Shown here piece after piece: positions 9,276 to 19,027 of a stretch of 64,000 nt of DNA (position 1 is the first letter of the stretch; each line of letters opens with the position of its first letter). The notes beneath the pieces were generated by a model, which had not been told where the DNA came from, did not search any database, and saw only the letters and a program-made list of their open reading frames with translations. Made by a program: the position numbers and the translations under genes. The DNA is taken from the IMG/VR virus record IMGVR_UViG_3300031957_002643, positions 124,001-188,000 of that record; one strand, 5' to 3'.

Positions 9276-9800
9276 TTAGGGCAACGGATCAAGGCACTTG
9301 TCATATATCTTGACATCATGAACTAATAATTTCAAAATACCTTTACACGAATGGGCAAATTCATAGTCTAGATCGCTTGGAATATACTCTTTGGTACTAC
9401 AATTGATTAAAAAATGTGTGTAACCATTCTTTTCGTCGCCAACATATAGTGATAATTCAAATGGAACAGATTTTTGATTATGAATGGCATTCAATACTAT
9501 ATTACTAGTATCTTCGATCATTTTTATAACGATATCATTCCATTTCATTCCTGCGGTTTCGTATACTGTATTTGCATTTTCATCTGTTTTTTCAACCATA
9601 TCAAACGATGCAGTTGGCCGAGTTACGCTTAATACGCATGCTGATAAAGCATTTTTTACTTTTGATTTGATTTCTTCATCCAAACAACCATTTACACCAA
9701 AATTATTAAATGATACTTTGAATTGATTTTTATATGTTGGCTGAAGGATAGGCGTTCTTATGTTCGGAACTCCAAATTCTTTCAATGATGAATCTGTCAT
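9276..9800 (-). CDS. Tail tube paralog
   Basis: Shares FGVP..PILQP, VTRPTASF and WNDI with 8581..9246. Confidence 0.7.
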   Translation of the reverse strand: MTDSSLKEFGVPNIRTPILQPTYKNQFKVSFNNFGVNGCLDEEIKSKVKNALSACVLSVTRPTASFDMVEKTDENANTVYETAGMKWNDIVIKMIEDTSNIVLNAIHNQKSVPFELSLYVGDEKNGYTHFLINCSTKEYIPSDLDYEFAHSCKGILKLLVHDVKIYDKCLDPLP

Positions 9801-9868
9801 GCTTTCCTCTTTTCGATATTTAGCTATTTACACTGATCTGATTTTGTACTATAAGTAAAAATACGCAT

Positions 9869-9943
9869 GGTCGCGTAGCTCAGTGGGAGAGCACTTCGTT
9901 GACATCGAAGGGGTCGCTGGTTCAATCCCAGCCGTGACTACCA
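9869..9943 (+). tRNA. trnV: tRNA-Val(GAC)
   Basis: Cloverleaf, CTTCG-TTGACAT-CGAAG, CCA end. Confidence 0.95.
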
Positions 9944-9944
9944 T

Positions 9945-10019
9945 GGTCCTCGCGCCAGATGGGAAGGCATCGGCTTTACACGCCGACATGACTTGGTTCG
10001 ATTCCAAGGAGGACTACCA
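9945..10019 (+). tRNA. trnV: tRNA-Val(TAC)
   Basis: TCGGC-TTTACAC-GCCGA, CCA end. Confidence 0.93.
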
Positions 10020-10064
10020 AATCTTTTCACAAGTTTGAACTCTGTACTAAATACAATCATATTA

Positions 10065-10613
10065 ATGGTTGTAGGTTCAATGTATATTTCAATGTCAGAA
10101 TATTTAAAGAAATCTAGGTGTTCGCGCCTTTCTCATATAAACTTGTCCGAACCATGTATGGAAATTGGGCATTATCACAATATGGAATTAAGAGTGTATC
10201 TGGCGCATGAGCTTAAAGTGATGCTGCCAGATGAAAGATATCAAGCATATGTCTGCCATGCTTGTAATAATGAAAAATGTTCGAACAAGCATCACATTTA
10301 TTGGGGAACTGCTAAAGATAACCATTTAGATAAAGTTGAAAATGGCACATATAAAACAATATACGAATACAGTGTAGAAAAATATGGAGAAGAAGAATTC
10401 CGTCTGATGTGTTTAGATTATGCAAGTAAGGGCGGAAAAGCTGGTGGGGGACATAACAAGTTATCTAAGGAGGAAATCACAAAAAGAACGAAAGACGTTC
10501 AACGCGAGCCAATCATTAGAGGCCGAATCAAAAGACTTGCTGATAAATGGGATGTTTCGCATTCTCAAGTCCGTAGATTTATTAAAAAATACGTTGACGT
10601 TAATATCAAATGA
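10065..10613 (+). CDS. HNH (His-Me finger) homing endonuclease (start approximate)
   Basis: VCHACNNEKCSNKHHIYWGTAKDN; directly downstream of the tRNA-Val pair. Confidence 0.75.
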   Translation: MVVGSMYISMSEYLKKSRCSRLSHINLSEPCMEIGHYHNMELRVYLAHELKVMLPDERYQAYVCHACNNEKCSNKHHIYWGTAKDNHLDKVENGTYKTIYEYSVEKYGEEEFRLMCLDYASKGGKAGGGHNKLSKEEITKRTKDVQREPIIRGRIKRLADKWDVSHSQVRRFIKKYVDVNIK

Positions 10614-10831
10614 TTGCTACATTTTATTTTCGAATAGAAGGAGTTATCAGCGATGAGTGCTTATTCAACACTGACCGTTTCCAGATCAGCAGCGCTAAAA
10701 GCGCTAAACAAGAATTTCACCAATGAAGAATTAGGCGATCTTTTAGATGTGGTTCTAAAAGATCGCCTATATAATGCTATCGTTGTGAATGACGGATCGG
10801 ACCAAGCGGTTGACGATCACGTTATTGATGA

Positions 10832-11104
10832 TTAGCGTTCAACTTCGACTTCATACCAATCATCAGCAAACACATCTGGTTGAGCAATAGTCCAGACAGT
10901 GATTGAACCATCAACCATCTTCATATCAAGGTGTGGTTGATATTGAACTTCGGTTCCTTCACCAAGAATACTGAGTAGTGGTTCGCGGTTCACATTGAAT
11001 TGCGAACCATTCACCATGAACACAAACATGTTCTTACCATTCCAGCCTTCTCTGGCTAAACGCTTTCCTTGCTTAAGCAAAGCAAGTGCATCTGAAAAAT
11101 TCAT
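10832..11104 (-). CDS. DUF2829 family protein (Tad2-like)
   Basis: MNFSDALALLKQGKRLAREGWNGKNMFV...DVFADDW. Confidence 0.85.
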   Translation of the reverse strand: MNFSDALALLKQGKRLAREGWNGKNMFVFMVNGSQFNVNREPLLSILGEGTEVQYQPHLDMKMVDGSITVWTIAQPDVFADDWYEVEVER

Positions 11105-11355
11105 GATTTCGTTTTCTCCATTTTTTCCATTGCGCCTCTGATCACTGCCAATTCCACTGAGTATTCTTCAGCGATTTCTTCTTGTATTTTGTTCCGAAGT
11201 GGGATGACCCGTTCTTCGACTCGGTTTTTGATCTCAGATTCAACTTCTCTTTTTCGTTTTTCTAATCGAAAGTATTCAGGTGGAGTGCAGCTTTCACAAT
11301 GCCCAAAGTCAATTCCACCATATACGCCACAATTCTTACAATCGTAATGAGCCAT
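11101..11355 (-). CDS. Hypothetical protein with Cys pairs
   Basis: ORF in operon. Confidence 0.6.
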   Translation of the reverse strand: MAHYDCKNCGVYGGIDFGHCESCTPPEYFRLEKRKREVESEIKNRVEERVIPLRNKIQEEIAEEYSVELAVIRGAMEKMEKTKS

Positions 11356-11768
11356 TAGATTTTCTTACCGCCTTCTTTCATGCGATTTTCAATCTTGTGA
11401 TCAGCTCTGTTCTGATTGAATAAAAGTTTTTCGACGAAGGCACCACCAACATCAAGACCAAATCCACCTGCATAATCAAAAATTCTGATCAATGCATCCG
11501 CTAGTTCTACTTCTTCAGCTTTGCGATGGGTTAGTTTGTCATCTGGAATATCTTTACGGACACCTTCTAATGCTTCTGAGATTTCAGAGTGAATAAGCGC
11601 GATCATCTCACCCTTATTACGTTCGAGCGGTTCACCCGTACTCAAATTGGTCCACCAGCCCGCTTTGGCTGAAAGGCCATAACAAAGATCGGATAGACGA
11701 TTAATATCTTCCGCATAATTTTGGCGGATTTCGGTATCCTCTGGAATCGGTTTGTTTGATGTGCTCAT
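11355..11768 (-). CDS. MazG-like nucleotide pyrophosphohydrolase
   Basis: ALIHSEISEALE and EVELADALIRIFD. Confidence 0.85.
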   Translation of the reverse strand: MSTSNKPIPEDTEIRQNYAEDINRLSDLCYGLSAKAGWWTNLSTGEPLERNKGEMIALIHSEISEALEGVRKDIPDDKLTHRKAEEVELADALIRIFDYAGGFGLDVGGAFVEKLLFNQNRADHKIENRMKEGGKKI

Positions 11769-11809
11769 AAGTGTTTTCTCCTATGAGCACATAATAGGAC
11801 ATGCGAGAC

Positions 11810-12136
11810 TTAATCGTATGCCGGAAGTTCTTCACCGGTTCGCAAAGCACGACACAACACATTTTGTGTCTGATCCATTGGAAGGCGGCGGGTCATCGTA
11901 TTTTTAGCAACCCATACATAATGCTCACCACCATTAGCAGCGTAGCTTTGATTTGCAGTCCAATACAGAGTATCATCGCCAATCATTCTACAAATAGAAT
12001 ATCCGCTATATTCTCGCGGTGGACGGTTCAACCATACACCCCATACGACAATCACGAGAGAAATTAATGAAATAACAATCAACCAACCAGTGACCGCTGT
12101 GAGATCGCCATCTCGATCAATGAAAATATCCTTCAT
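11810..12136 (-). CDS. Small membrane protein
   Basis: N-terminal hydrophobic helix. Confidence 0.6.
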   Translation of the reverse strand: MKDIFIDRDGDLTAVTGWLIVISLISLVIVVWGVWLNRPPREYSGYSICRMIGDDTLYWTANQSYAANGGEHYVWVAKNTMTRRLPMDQTQNVLCRALRTGEELPAYD

Positions 12137-12546
12137 TATTCCTCTCCGATTGTATCGATTTGACGGATTTCGAGCGGATTACAACGAACGGACTTCATAC
12201 GGCTTTCCGTTTGATAACCGGTCACGATGCCATGATAACGCCATTCGTATCCGACAATCGGCAAATCTTGGGTTTCTTCCGTCATCGGAGTCAATTCATC
12301 ATCATTTCTTCGTTCCTGATCCGCATGGACGAGACGAATGGTTTCGTCCGCTGTCCAAGTTATAGTGTCATAACGACACTCCACATATGACGTATATTGC
12401 ATAGGTGGTGCTAGGGGACGAGGAGGACTATTTCGATCCACATAATAGAAACTCAAAGCAATTACTGCAACCAGAGCCACAACAGTTTCCACAATCATCC
12501 ACCACCCAAGAGTGGTAACTTCACGGTATTGCTGATTATAAAACAT
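12136..12546 (-). CDS. Small membrane protein
   Basis: N-terminal hydrophobic helix; upstream TTGACA promoter. Confidence 0.6.
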   Translation of the reverse strand: MFYNQQYREVTTLGWWMIVETVVALVAVIALSFYYVDRNSPPRPLAPPMQYTSYVECRYDTITWTADETIRLVHADQERRNDDELTPMTEETQDLPIVGYEWRYHGIVTGYQTESRMKSVRCNPLEIRQIDTIGEE

Positions 12547-12613
12547 AATTCAATTGTGTCCTGTGTTGTTGATTACACAGTATACTAATTATTTTCAATT
12601 GTCAAGAAGAAAA

Positions 12614-12689
12614 TGGTGGAGGTGAACGGGTTCGAACCGATGACCTTCTGCTTGCAAAGCAGATGCTCTCCCAACTGAGCTACACCCCC
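12614..12689 (-). tRNA. trnA: tRNA-Ala(TGC)
   Basis: Canonical cloverleaf, G3-U70, CCA. Confidence 0.95.
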
Positions 12690-12701
12690 ATTTTGTTGTT
12701 T

Positions 12702-12779
12702 TGGTGGAGACGGTGCGGAATCGAACCCACCTCATTCTGCTTGCAAAGCAAAATCGCCACCCTTGGTACATGCGCCCCC
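12702..12779 (-). tRNA. trnA: tRNA-Ala(TGC), atypical D and T arms
   Basis: TGC anticodon, G3-U70, CCA; non-canonical positions 8-25. Confidence 0.8.
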
Positions 12780-12811
12780 AAAAACAACGGGTATGACTTA
12801 CTTATAGTACA

Positions 12812-13048
12812 TCATCGATCCGTTGTAAAGCGGGTATATGAAGAAATAATTTCGGAATACATTTCGTCACATAATGCCTGTGCGTAAGTCCTGACCGCCT
12901 CATCAAACATCTTCTCGCCATTTTGAATGTCGTTGGACATTGATACACTCATTAGCTTATGGTCACCCATGTAAACTTGAAATACAGTCTCACCCTCATT
13001 TGCCGAAAATTTACCCTTAATCAACATACTGAAATATCCACTTGACAT
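12812..13048 (-). CDS. Hypothetical protein
   Basis: ORF track. Confidence 0.5.
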   Translation of the reverse strand: MSSGYFSMLIKGKFSANEGETVFQVYMGDHKLMSVSMSNDIQNGEKMFDEAVRTYAQALCDEMYSEIISSYTRFTTDR

Positions 13049-13258
13049 ATGTTATAAATTAGATATCGTGTTCATAAGCAAACGGAGACCCCGAATGTCT
13101 AAGAACAAAAAACTCACCGGTATCATTTGGCTGTACGACGATGGATCGCATGCGTTTGAAGAAGTCAAAGCACCAAAGAAAACCGATAAGGTTTCTACCT
13201 CTTTGGTTCAATGGATTAAGACCAACATTCAAAGAGGCATAAAATTCAAAGCGCCTGA

Positions 13259-13570
13259 TTAATCGTTTTCAGGCGGATGGAATTCGGCATTCTCGCGTCT
13301 ACTAGATACACAATTCCATCCGTATCCTCGAAGAATAAATTCTTCTCGAAAATACCCGTCAGGAGTATAAACATCCCGAATGGTCATGACTCCTGTATCA
13401 AGATCAACTTCAATATCATTATCACTATAGATCATAACTCCGATTGGCGAGTCGGAAGCATGACACATATGAATCCATTGAAAATCTTCTGGCGAGACAG
13501 TTCCGTCAATATTATTTCCAAACGATGGTGGCTGGATCGTTAGAGCCAGCGCAAGAACAGGTGCTAACAT
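13259..13570 (-). CDS. Hypothetical protein with signal peptide
   Basis: MLAPVLALALTIQP N-terminus. Confidence 0.6.
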   Translation of the reverse strand: MLAPVLALALTIQPPSFGNNIDGTVSPEDFQWIHMCHASDSPIGVMIYSDNDIEVDLDTGVMTIRDVYTPDGYFREEFILRGYGWNCVSSRRENAEFHPPEND

Positions 13571-13592
13571 AATATATTCTCCTTGAGAATAC

Positions 13593-14195
13593 TTATGCTC
13601 TCATTCTAAATTCTGCATCCGATTTACATTCAGATTTCAGCTTGTCCAGCCATGCATGATTCTTGATTTTGGTCATCTTCAATTGTTTCTTGACCAATGC
13701 TTTACCAACGATGCCCTCAAAAGACATACCTTCGAATTCGCCAGTATTGACCTGCCGAACAACTTCTTCGGTGATATTCATGGTTCCAAGATATTCAGTA
13801 ATATGAAGATCGCCAAACAGCTTCAAGAAATCATTTGGTCCGAGAATACCTTTTTTATACGGGTTTACATCAAACAGGACGACATCTTTCACATCATCCT
13901 CTTCATGGTTCCCGGCAAAGCTATTCGGACCAAGGTATTCCATGAAACAGGTCGCACTATCATACCGCTGGTCACGATAGATACGTTCAAGATCATCAGA
14001 ATATTTCCCCATGAACAGATCGATAGCCGGGAAAAACGGATTGCCTTCTCCCAGTAGTTGGGTTCGGGTTCCAAATTTGTAGAACCCGTTCTTTCGAGAC
14101 CATTCGACTCGAATATTGGAACCGTCCAATTTTTCAAAGATATAATAGGGCTGGCCCTTAATGATATCTTTTGGAATACTAGGATACGTTTTCAT
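13593..14195 (-). CDS. Short RNA-ligase-family nucleotidyltransferase
   Basis: Motif I FEKLDGSNI, plus FMEY, FDV, EGIVGK and KIK. Confidence 0.8.
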   Translation of the reverse strand: MKTYPSIPKDIIKGQPYYIFEKLDGSNIRVEWSRKNGFYKFGTRTQLLGEGNPFFPAIDLFMGKYSDDLERIYRDQRYDSATCFMEYLGPNSFAGNHEEDDVKDVVLFDVNPYKKGILGPNDFLKLFGDLHITEYLGTMNITEEVVRQVNTGEFEGMSFEGIVGKALVKKQLKMTKIKNHAWLDKLKSECKSDAEFRMRA

Positions 14196-14197
14196 TC

Positions 14198-14488
14198 TTA
14201 AGTGTTTTCCATATCAACACCGGCATTACGAAGAGCATACCAAAGATGTTCGCGCGGTGCAGTGTCCATTCGGGACATATCTTCATGATACTTGATTGTG
14301 AACTCGCCAGCCTTTTTCAAATTGTCAAGAGTTCGAAGTTGAGAACTGAAATCTGAATACACAAGGGCCAGCATGCCCATATCGAGTTCTTCTTCACCCG
14401 TTTTACCAGACCAACGAGCAACATTTTCTTTCATGGCCGAAGTCAGATCGAGCATGGCAGCGGCAATTTGTTGATCAGTAATTTGCAT
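14198..14488 (-). CDS. Hypothetical protein
   Basis: ORF track, upstream TTGACT promoter. Confidence 0.65.
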   Translation of the reverse strand: MQITDQQIAAAMLDLTSAMKENVARWSGKTGEEELDMGMLALVYSDFSSQLRTLDNLKKAGEFTIKYHEDMSRMDTAPREHLWYALRNAGVDMENT

Positions 14489-14558
14489 AACACAATATCC
14501 TTTGTTGAGTGACTAGTATACACCCAACGAATATAAAGTCAAGCTATATTTTGAGAAT

Positions 14559-14634
14559 TGGCAGGGGCATCAGGACTCGAACCCGAAGTTTCTGTTTTGG
14601 AGACAGACGTGTTAGCCATTAACACTATACCCCT
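14559..14634 (-). tRNA. trnW: tRNA-Trp(CCA)
   Basis: TCTGT-CTCCAAA-ACAGA, G73, CCA. Confidence 0.95.
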
Positions 14635-15098
14635 ACATTTTTACCACAATATGTGGCCGTTTGTGAATGACAATTAGGACATAATAAGCGCAAGTTGTCA
14701 ACCCTATGATCATTACTTATACCATTTATGTGATCAATTTGCAACGACAGGGGCTTTTCATTCCATGTTTCTCCTTGGCCGCATTCATAACATTGGTATT
14801 TTAGTATGTTTTCATTTACTAGACGATTTTTTAAACTTCTCATATTTTTATATGTTGAGTTTTCAACTAACACTTCTTCTAGTGGGAGTCTTCGTTTTTC
14901 TATCCCTCGATTCCGTAAATACACAATGGACGCGAAATGAGAAGTATCAAGACGCAAATCTAATATCCTCTCTTTGATCCGTCTATGATTATATGATCCG
15001 CCTGTGCTTTTTTTAAAATGTCGTAGTACATCCGAAACACATTGACTATCTTTTACTGCTAATTTAAAATCTTCATCACTTTCGTAATTCATAATCAC
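14625..15098 (-). CDS. HNH homing endonuclease
   Basis: CYECG, LQIDHING..ND, LCPNCHSQT; stop codon lies inside tRNA-Trp. Confidence 0.9.
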   Translation of the reverse strand: MIMNYESDEDFKLAVKDSQCVSDVLRHFKKSTGGSYNHRRIKERILDLRLDTSHFASIVYLRNRGIEKRRLPLEEVLVENSTYKNMRSLKNRLVNENILKYQCYECGQGETWNEKPLSLQIDHINGISNDHRVDNLRLLCPNCHSQTATYCGKNVGV

Positions 15099-15169
15099 CT
15101 ACAATACAATGGCCGATTTGGCCACTGTAATGTATTTACAGAAACCTTCTAAAACTATGTAACCGGGTG

Positions 15170-15409
15170 TCAACAGGGGATTTGGAAATAAATGTTCCCC
15201 CGTTTTTGCATAGCCATTGTGCGATTCTGCTTATCGACATTCGATAAATGATATGTAAATACATGTGTCGAAGGATCGATAAGGAGAAAGCTATGAACTT
15301 CATCAAAGAAAACATCAACACCATGGTCATGACTGTCATGTATGTCGTAATGATCGGTAGTGCCGCTGTTGTTATGGGTCAAGCGTTGGTCGCTTAATTC
15401 ATATTTCAC
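15170..15409 (-). CDS. Hypothetical protein
   Basis: ORF track. Confidence 0.55.
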   Translation of the reverse strand: MKYELSDQRLTHNNSGTTDHYDIHDSHDHGVDVFFDEVHSFLLIDPSTHVFTYHLSNVDKQNRTMAMQKRGNIYFQIPC

Positions 15410-15477
15410 AATAAAATAACAAAAGAAAAGGGGGCAACAAAGCCCCCTAATTCATTTCTACATTGTGTTAGTATTGA

Positions 15478-17835
15478 TTAAATACTTGCACCCGGCTCTT
15501 CGATACGAAGTTCAACATAGATGAATTCTGTTGCAGTTACCGGGATCATGGCAACTTCAACCCATAATTCATTACGTGCTCTTCTATCAGCCGTGTTGAG
15601 TGTTTCGTCACAACGGACTGCATAATCCTCGACTGCACCAGCAGCGGATAGACCCGCAAAGTAGCGATTAACCGTATTGCGGACAGAGGACCATGTACCA
15701 GCCAAGTTTGGCTGTCCAAGATATGGAAGAAGCAATTGCTTGACTTCGTATCTGATCTTAGAGACCAAACGTGAAACGTTGACACGGTTCGTAAGTTCGG
15801 AACCACCATAGACAGTCTTGTTGCCCATATTTCTCAAACCGACACGGTAGATGTTTTTAACCATGTTGATCTGATTATTATACAGAATATCGGACTGACC
15901 ATCTGTTAGATTGACGACCTTGTAAGCACCTGCATCCGTGATGTATCCAACAGAAGAAACTCTGTTGATGACACCATTTGCATAACCGATAGATGCCTGC
16001 CATGGGCCGGAATTGTTGTCGGTTCTAACAAGCATCGGAAGTACATAGGCAGATGCCGGTGCAACGATGTTTGTTCCATCAACATTCGCCATAAGTGCAT
16101 GTGGATAATACATGGATGCGACCGCATTTGACGCAGATGCAAAGCCTTCTTCGCCTGTTTCAGATGCAGATGCACTATTTGTCTTCCAATCTGCGGCAAG
16201 AACTTCTTTACCAGATGCAGTTCCAGAAGCTACCATTCTGAATGGAACATCGGCAATGACATGAGCACGCTCATTGATCGCTGTAGAAACAGCAACCATA
16301 TCATCATAAAGTTCTGGATATCCCGGTGCGGCAATAAGCTGGTACAAGATTGATTCAGACTTCAATTCATCCGTGTCAGACAATGCAGCCTGAAGCTTGG
16401 AAGAAATCATGTAACGCTGTGCTTTGCGCAAGAAGCGAGCACCAGCAATTGGCTTCCAGCGACCATCAGCAGATTCCCATGTATCTTTTACACCAGAAGC
16501 AATAGTTACTGGCTCATAGGTATCATCATAAACCTTGACCGTGCACTTCGTTGCAGGGTCATCCAAGTTCAACCAGATGGAACCATTAGCAACAAGAGTT
16601 GGAGCGGTATAGGTAGAAGTGATGCTGACAGAAGACGTAATATCTTCCCAACCAGAACCAGTGTAGCGCTTGATGACCGGGAAGTTATCCAGATTGTCGC
16701 CTGAAATATCTACCCAGAATGCACCTGTTGCTGGTGATGCCGGTGCTGATGCACTGATAACTTTTTCTGTAGCAGTTGGGTCTGCATCAGTCGTTGTGGT
16801 GATTGCAACCCATTCATCAGAAACTTCTTTGTACAATGCAAAATCGGTGATGTCTTCGGAGTACCAAAGGTCACCATTGACCGCAGTTGTAGTTGGTGCC
16901 GCAGCTTGAACAGTTGCAGTCAGAGCAACATAAGCTGTTCCGTTAGCAACCTTCAATGGGTGTTGACCGTCATCTGTAAAGGTGGACAAGTCTTCCCATA
17001 CCAAACCAGAAGTTTTGTCTGTTGGTTCGGTTGTTGAGCGAGTTGGAATGACTTCAACCCAAGTCGCATCAGATGCACGGTACTTTGAAAGTTTAAGATC
17101 ATATCCACCAGAAGAAGCAGTTGTCTTCCACCAGTAGTCGTTTGCACCCGCACCCAATGGTGCAGTGTCAGAAATCCAAACGTCAGCCGTTGCTGCTGTT
17201 CTTGAATTGATAGATGTTGCCGACAAGTCGGTTGAACCAACATCAGCCCACGTTGTACCATCTGTCTTGACTTTAACAGTGCCGTCAGCAGTTGAGTAAT
17301 CAAAGGCGATGTCGCCTTCAGAACCGTTACCAGCAGCCGGTGCAGTTGTGTAAACTGCTGCGGTTAGTGCTTCCCATGCTGAGTTGGCAGCATTCCTGCG
17401 ATAGAAACCAGTTACAACTGCGTCACTATCAATCCAATATGTTCCATCTGCTGGTGGATTGACGGGTTCAGTTGAAGAAGGAAGCAACTGATCGAGATCA
17501 ATGTCAGCACGAACGTAATATGCAAGAGAAGAGGTCGCCATGAAATTCCATAGAGCGTGCAAACCATATTCATTACACTCGTGTCCATGGACCTGCAAAC
17601 CACCACTCGTTACGAATGTCGGATTACCGAGAAGTTGAAGAACTTCTCTTTGTGATGTCACAGAGCGAACCGTGTTGCTTTCCGTGGTTCCTGCGGCAAT
17701 GCCTGTTCCCGATGGGTTCGACTTGCTTTCTCTCGTTGCTAGAACGAAAAGCGGAACAGTCGTCGGAAATGTCTCCGCATACTGTGACTGGTTGTTGATG
17801 CTAACTTGTACGTTAGGCGAGCTTAGTGTAGCCAT
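15478..17835 (-). CDS. Tail sheath protein (gp18-like) with large internal insertion
   Basis: MATLSSPNVQVSI, APGYPEL, YYPH, APAS, NRVNVSRLV, EVAMIPVTATEFIYV. Confidence 0.93.
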   Translation of the reverse strand: MATLSSPNVQVSINNQSQYAETFPTTVPLFVLATRESKSNPSGTGIAAGTTESNTVRSVTSQREVLQLLGNPTFVTSGGLQVHGHECNEYGLHALWNFMATSSLAYYVRADIDLDQLLPSSTEPVNPPADGTYWIDSDAVVTGFYRRNAANSAWEALTAAVYTTAPAAGNGSEGDIAFDYSTADGTVKVKTDGTTWADVGSTDLSATSINSRTAATADVWISDTAPLGAGANDYWWKTTASSGGYDLKLSKYRASDATWVEVIPTRSTTEPTDKTSGLVWEDLSTFTDDGQHPLKVANGTAYVALTATVQAAAPTTTAVNGDLWYSEDITDFALYKEVSDEWVAITTTTDADPTATEKVISASAPASPATGAFWVDISGDNLDNFPVIKRYTGSGWEDITSSVSITSTYTAPTLVANGSIWLNLDDPATKCTVKVYDDTYEPVTIASGVKDTWESADGRWKPIAGARFLRKAQRYMISSKLQAALSDTDELKSESILYQLIAAPGYPELYDDMVAVSTAINERAHVIADVPFRMVASGTASGKEVLAADWKTNSASASETGEEGFASASNAVASMYYPHALMANVDGTNIVAPASAYVLPMLVRTDNNSGPWQASIGYANGVINRVSSVGYITDAGAYKVVNLTDGQSDILYNNQINMVKNIYRVGLRNMGNKTVYGGSELTNRVNVSRLVSKIRYEVKQLLLPYLGQPNLAGTWSSVRNTVNRYFAGLSAAGAVEDYAVRCDETLNTADRRARNELWVEVAMIPVTATEFIYVELRIEEPGASI

Positions 17836-17975
17836 TATGTAGTGCTCCTAAAATCCTTCTAAGATATTTATGACCGATGGTCGTTTTTGTGCGATTTGCT
17901 TTTACGTATCATTGTGCTAGGTATTTATTAAATAGATGAGATATCCGGCCATATCGGATCATATGAGAGATTTTC

Positions 17976-18524
17976 ATGAGCAGCGTCACATTTTATTATG
18001 GATCAAAACTAAAACCAGTCGATTTCAATGATCCATCTTCACTCCGTTTCAACAACGGAAGCGTGTTCTTCACATCATTGAAAGAAGCAGTTGAAAGTCA
18101 TCTATGGCCGAAGGGCTTTCTCTATCATTGTGAAATTGAAACGATAAAAAGAAATCGCCGCCTCAAAGAAGACAGCGAACCAGATGGTAACAGAATGTTG
18201 GAACTGATGCGATCCGCTCCAAAATATGAGCGGACCATCAAAACAAAATTTTCTGGAAATGAAAAAATTGCTTATGCCATGATTATGGACAAGAGCAGAA
18301 CTGGTGCCATCGTTGATCTAATCAGAACAACTTTTTACGATACACACAACGTGGAATTTTGTAATGCAATGGTAGAGATCGGTTACGATGGATATTATGG
18401 AAAATTCCATCCACCAGCAAACTTCCACACGGATAGAGAGAAGTTCTATTATGCGCGTCTCTTCGATTTTGACCGCATTAGAGTGATCAAAACCGAAGAG
18501 ATCAACGCAAGTATCAGTGGCTAG
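17976..18524 (+). CDS. Hypothetical protein, possible ADP-ribosyltransferase-like fold
   Basis: FYYGS...GSVFFT..KEA pattern. Confidence 0.5.
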   Translation: MSSVTFYYGSKLKPVDFNDPSSLRFNNGSVFFTSLKEAVESHLWPKGFLYHCEIETIKRNRRLKEDSEPDGNRMLELMRSAPKYERTIKTKFSGNEKIAYAMIMDKSRTGAIVDLIRTTFYDTHNVEFCNAMVEIGYDGYYGKFHPPANFHTDREKFYYARLFDFDRIRVIKTEEINASISG

Positions 18525-19027
18525 TCAAAGATCGGTTTGTTGAACAGATCGATTGCACGACGAGCAGTTGATGCCAGACGGTAGCGAGTCTGTTCGCCCG
18601 ATTTAGTGTTCGATGTCGAAACACTGATGATTTCGACCGGAACATTGTTTTGGTCCGTGAAACCGGCTTTCACTGCACGATCACGGAAGGCGTTCACGAC
18701 ACCTTCGATTGCAGCGGTATTCAATTCACGATCAAACCCTTTTAGGGAAAGAGATCGTTTTGCCGGATGAAGGTCACGCAGAACACGCTTCATCATCGGT
18801 GTCAGAGAACAAAGCAGGGTATTTGCTTGTTCCAGACTCGGTTCATTCTTGAATTCATTGGGGAGATCACTTGAACCGAAAAGAAGCGCAAAATGCTTTT
18901 CAGCACGCCGGGCAAGAGAAGTTTCATCATGAACGATGATAGAAGTGGGATGGGTTTCAGCCAGTTTCTTCAGAGTAGAAACATCGGAAGAACGAATGAT
19001 AACGGCAGGCATTGATTTCTCCTTCAT
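18521..19027 (-). CDS. Hypothetical protein
   Basis: ORF track. Confidence 0.7.
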   Translation of the reverse strand: MKEKSMPAVIIRSSDVSTLKKLAETHPTSIIVHDETSLARRAEKHFALLFGSSDLPNEFKNEPSLEQANTLLCSLTPMMKRVLRDLHPAKRSLSLKGFDRELNTAAIEGVVNAFRDRAVKAGFTDQNNVPVEIISVSTSNTKSGEQTRYRLASTARRAIDLFNKPIFD

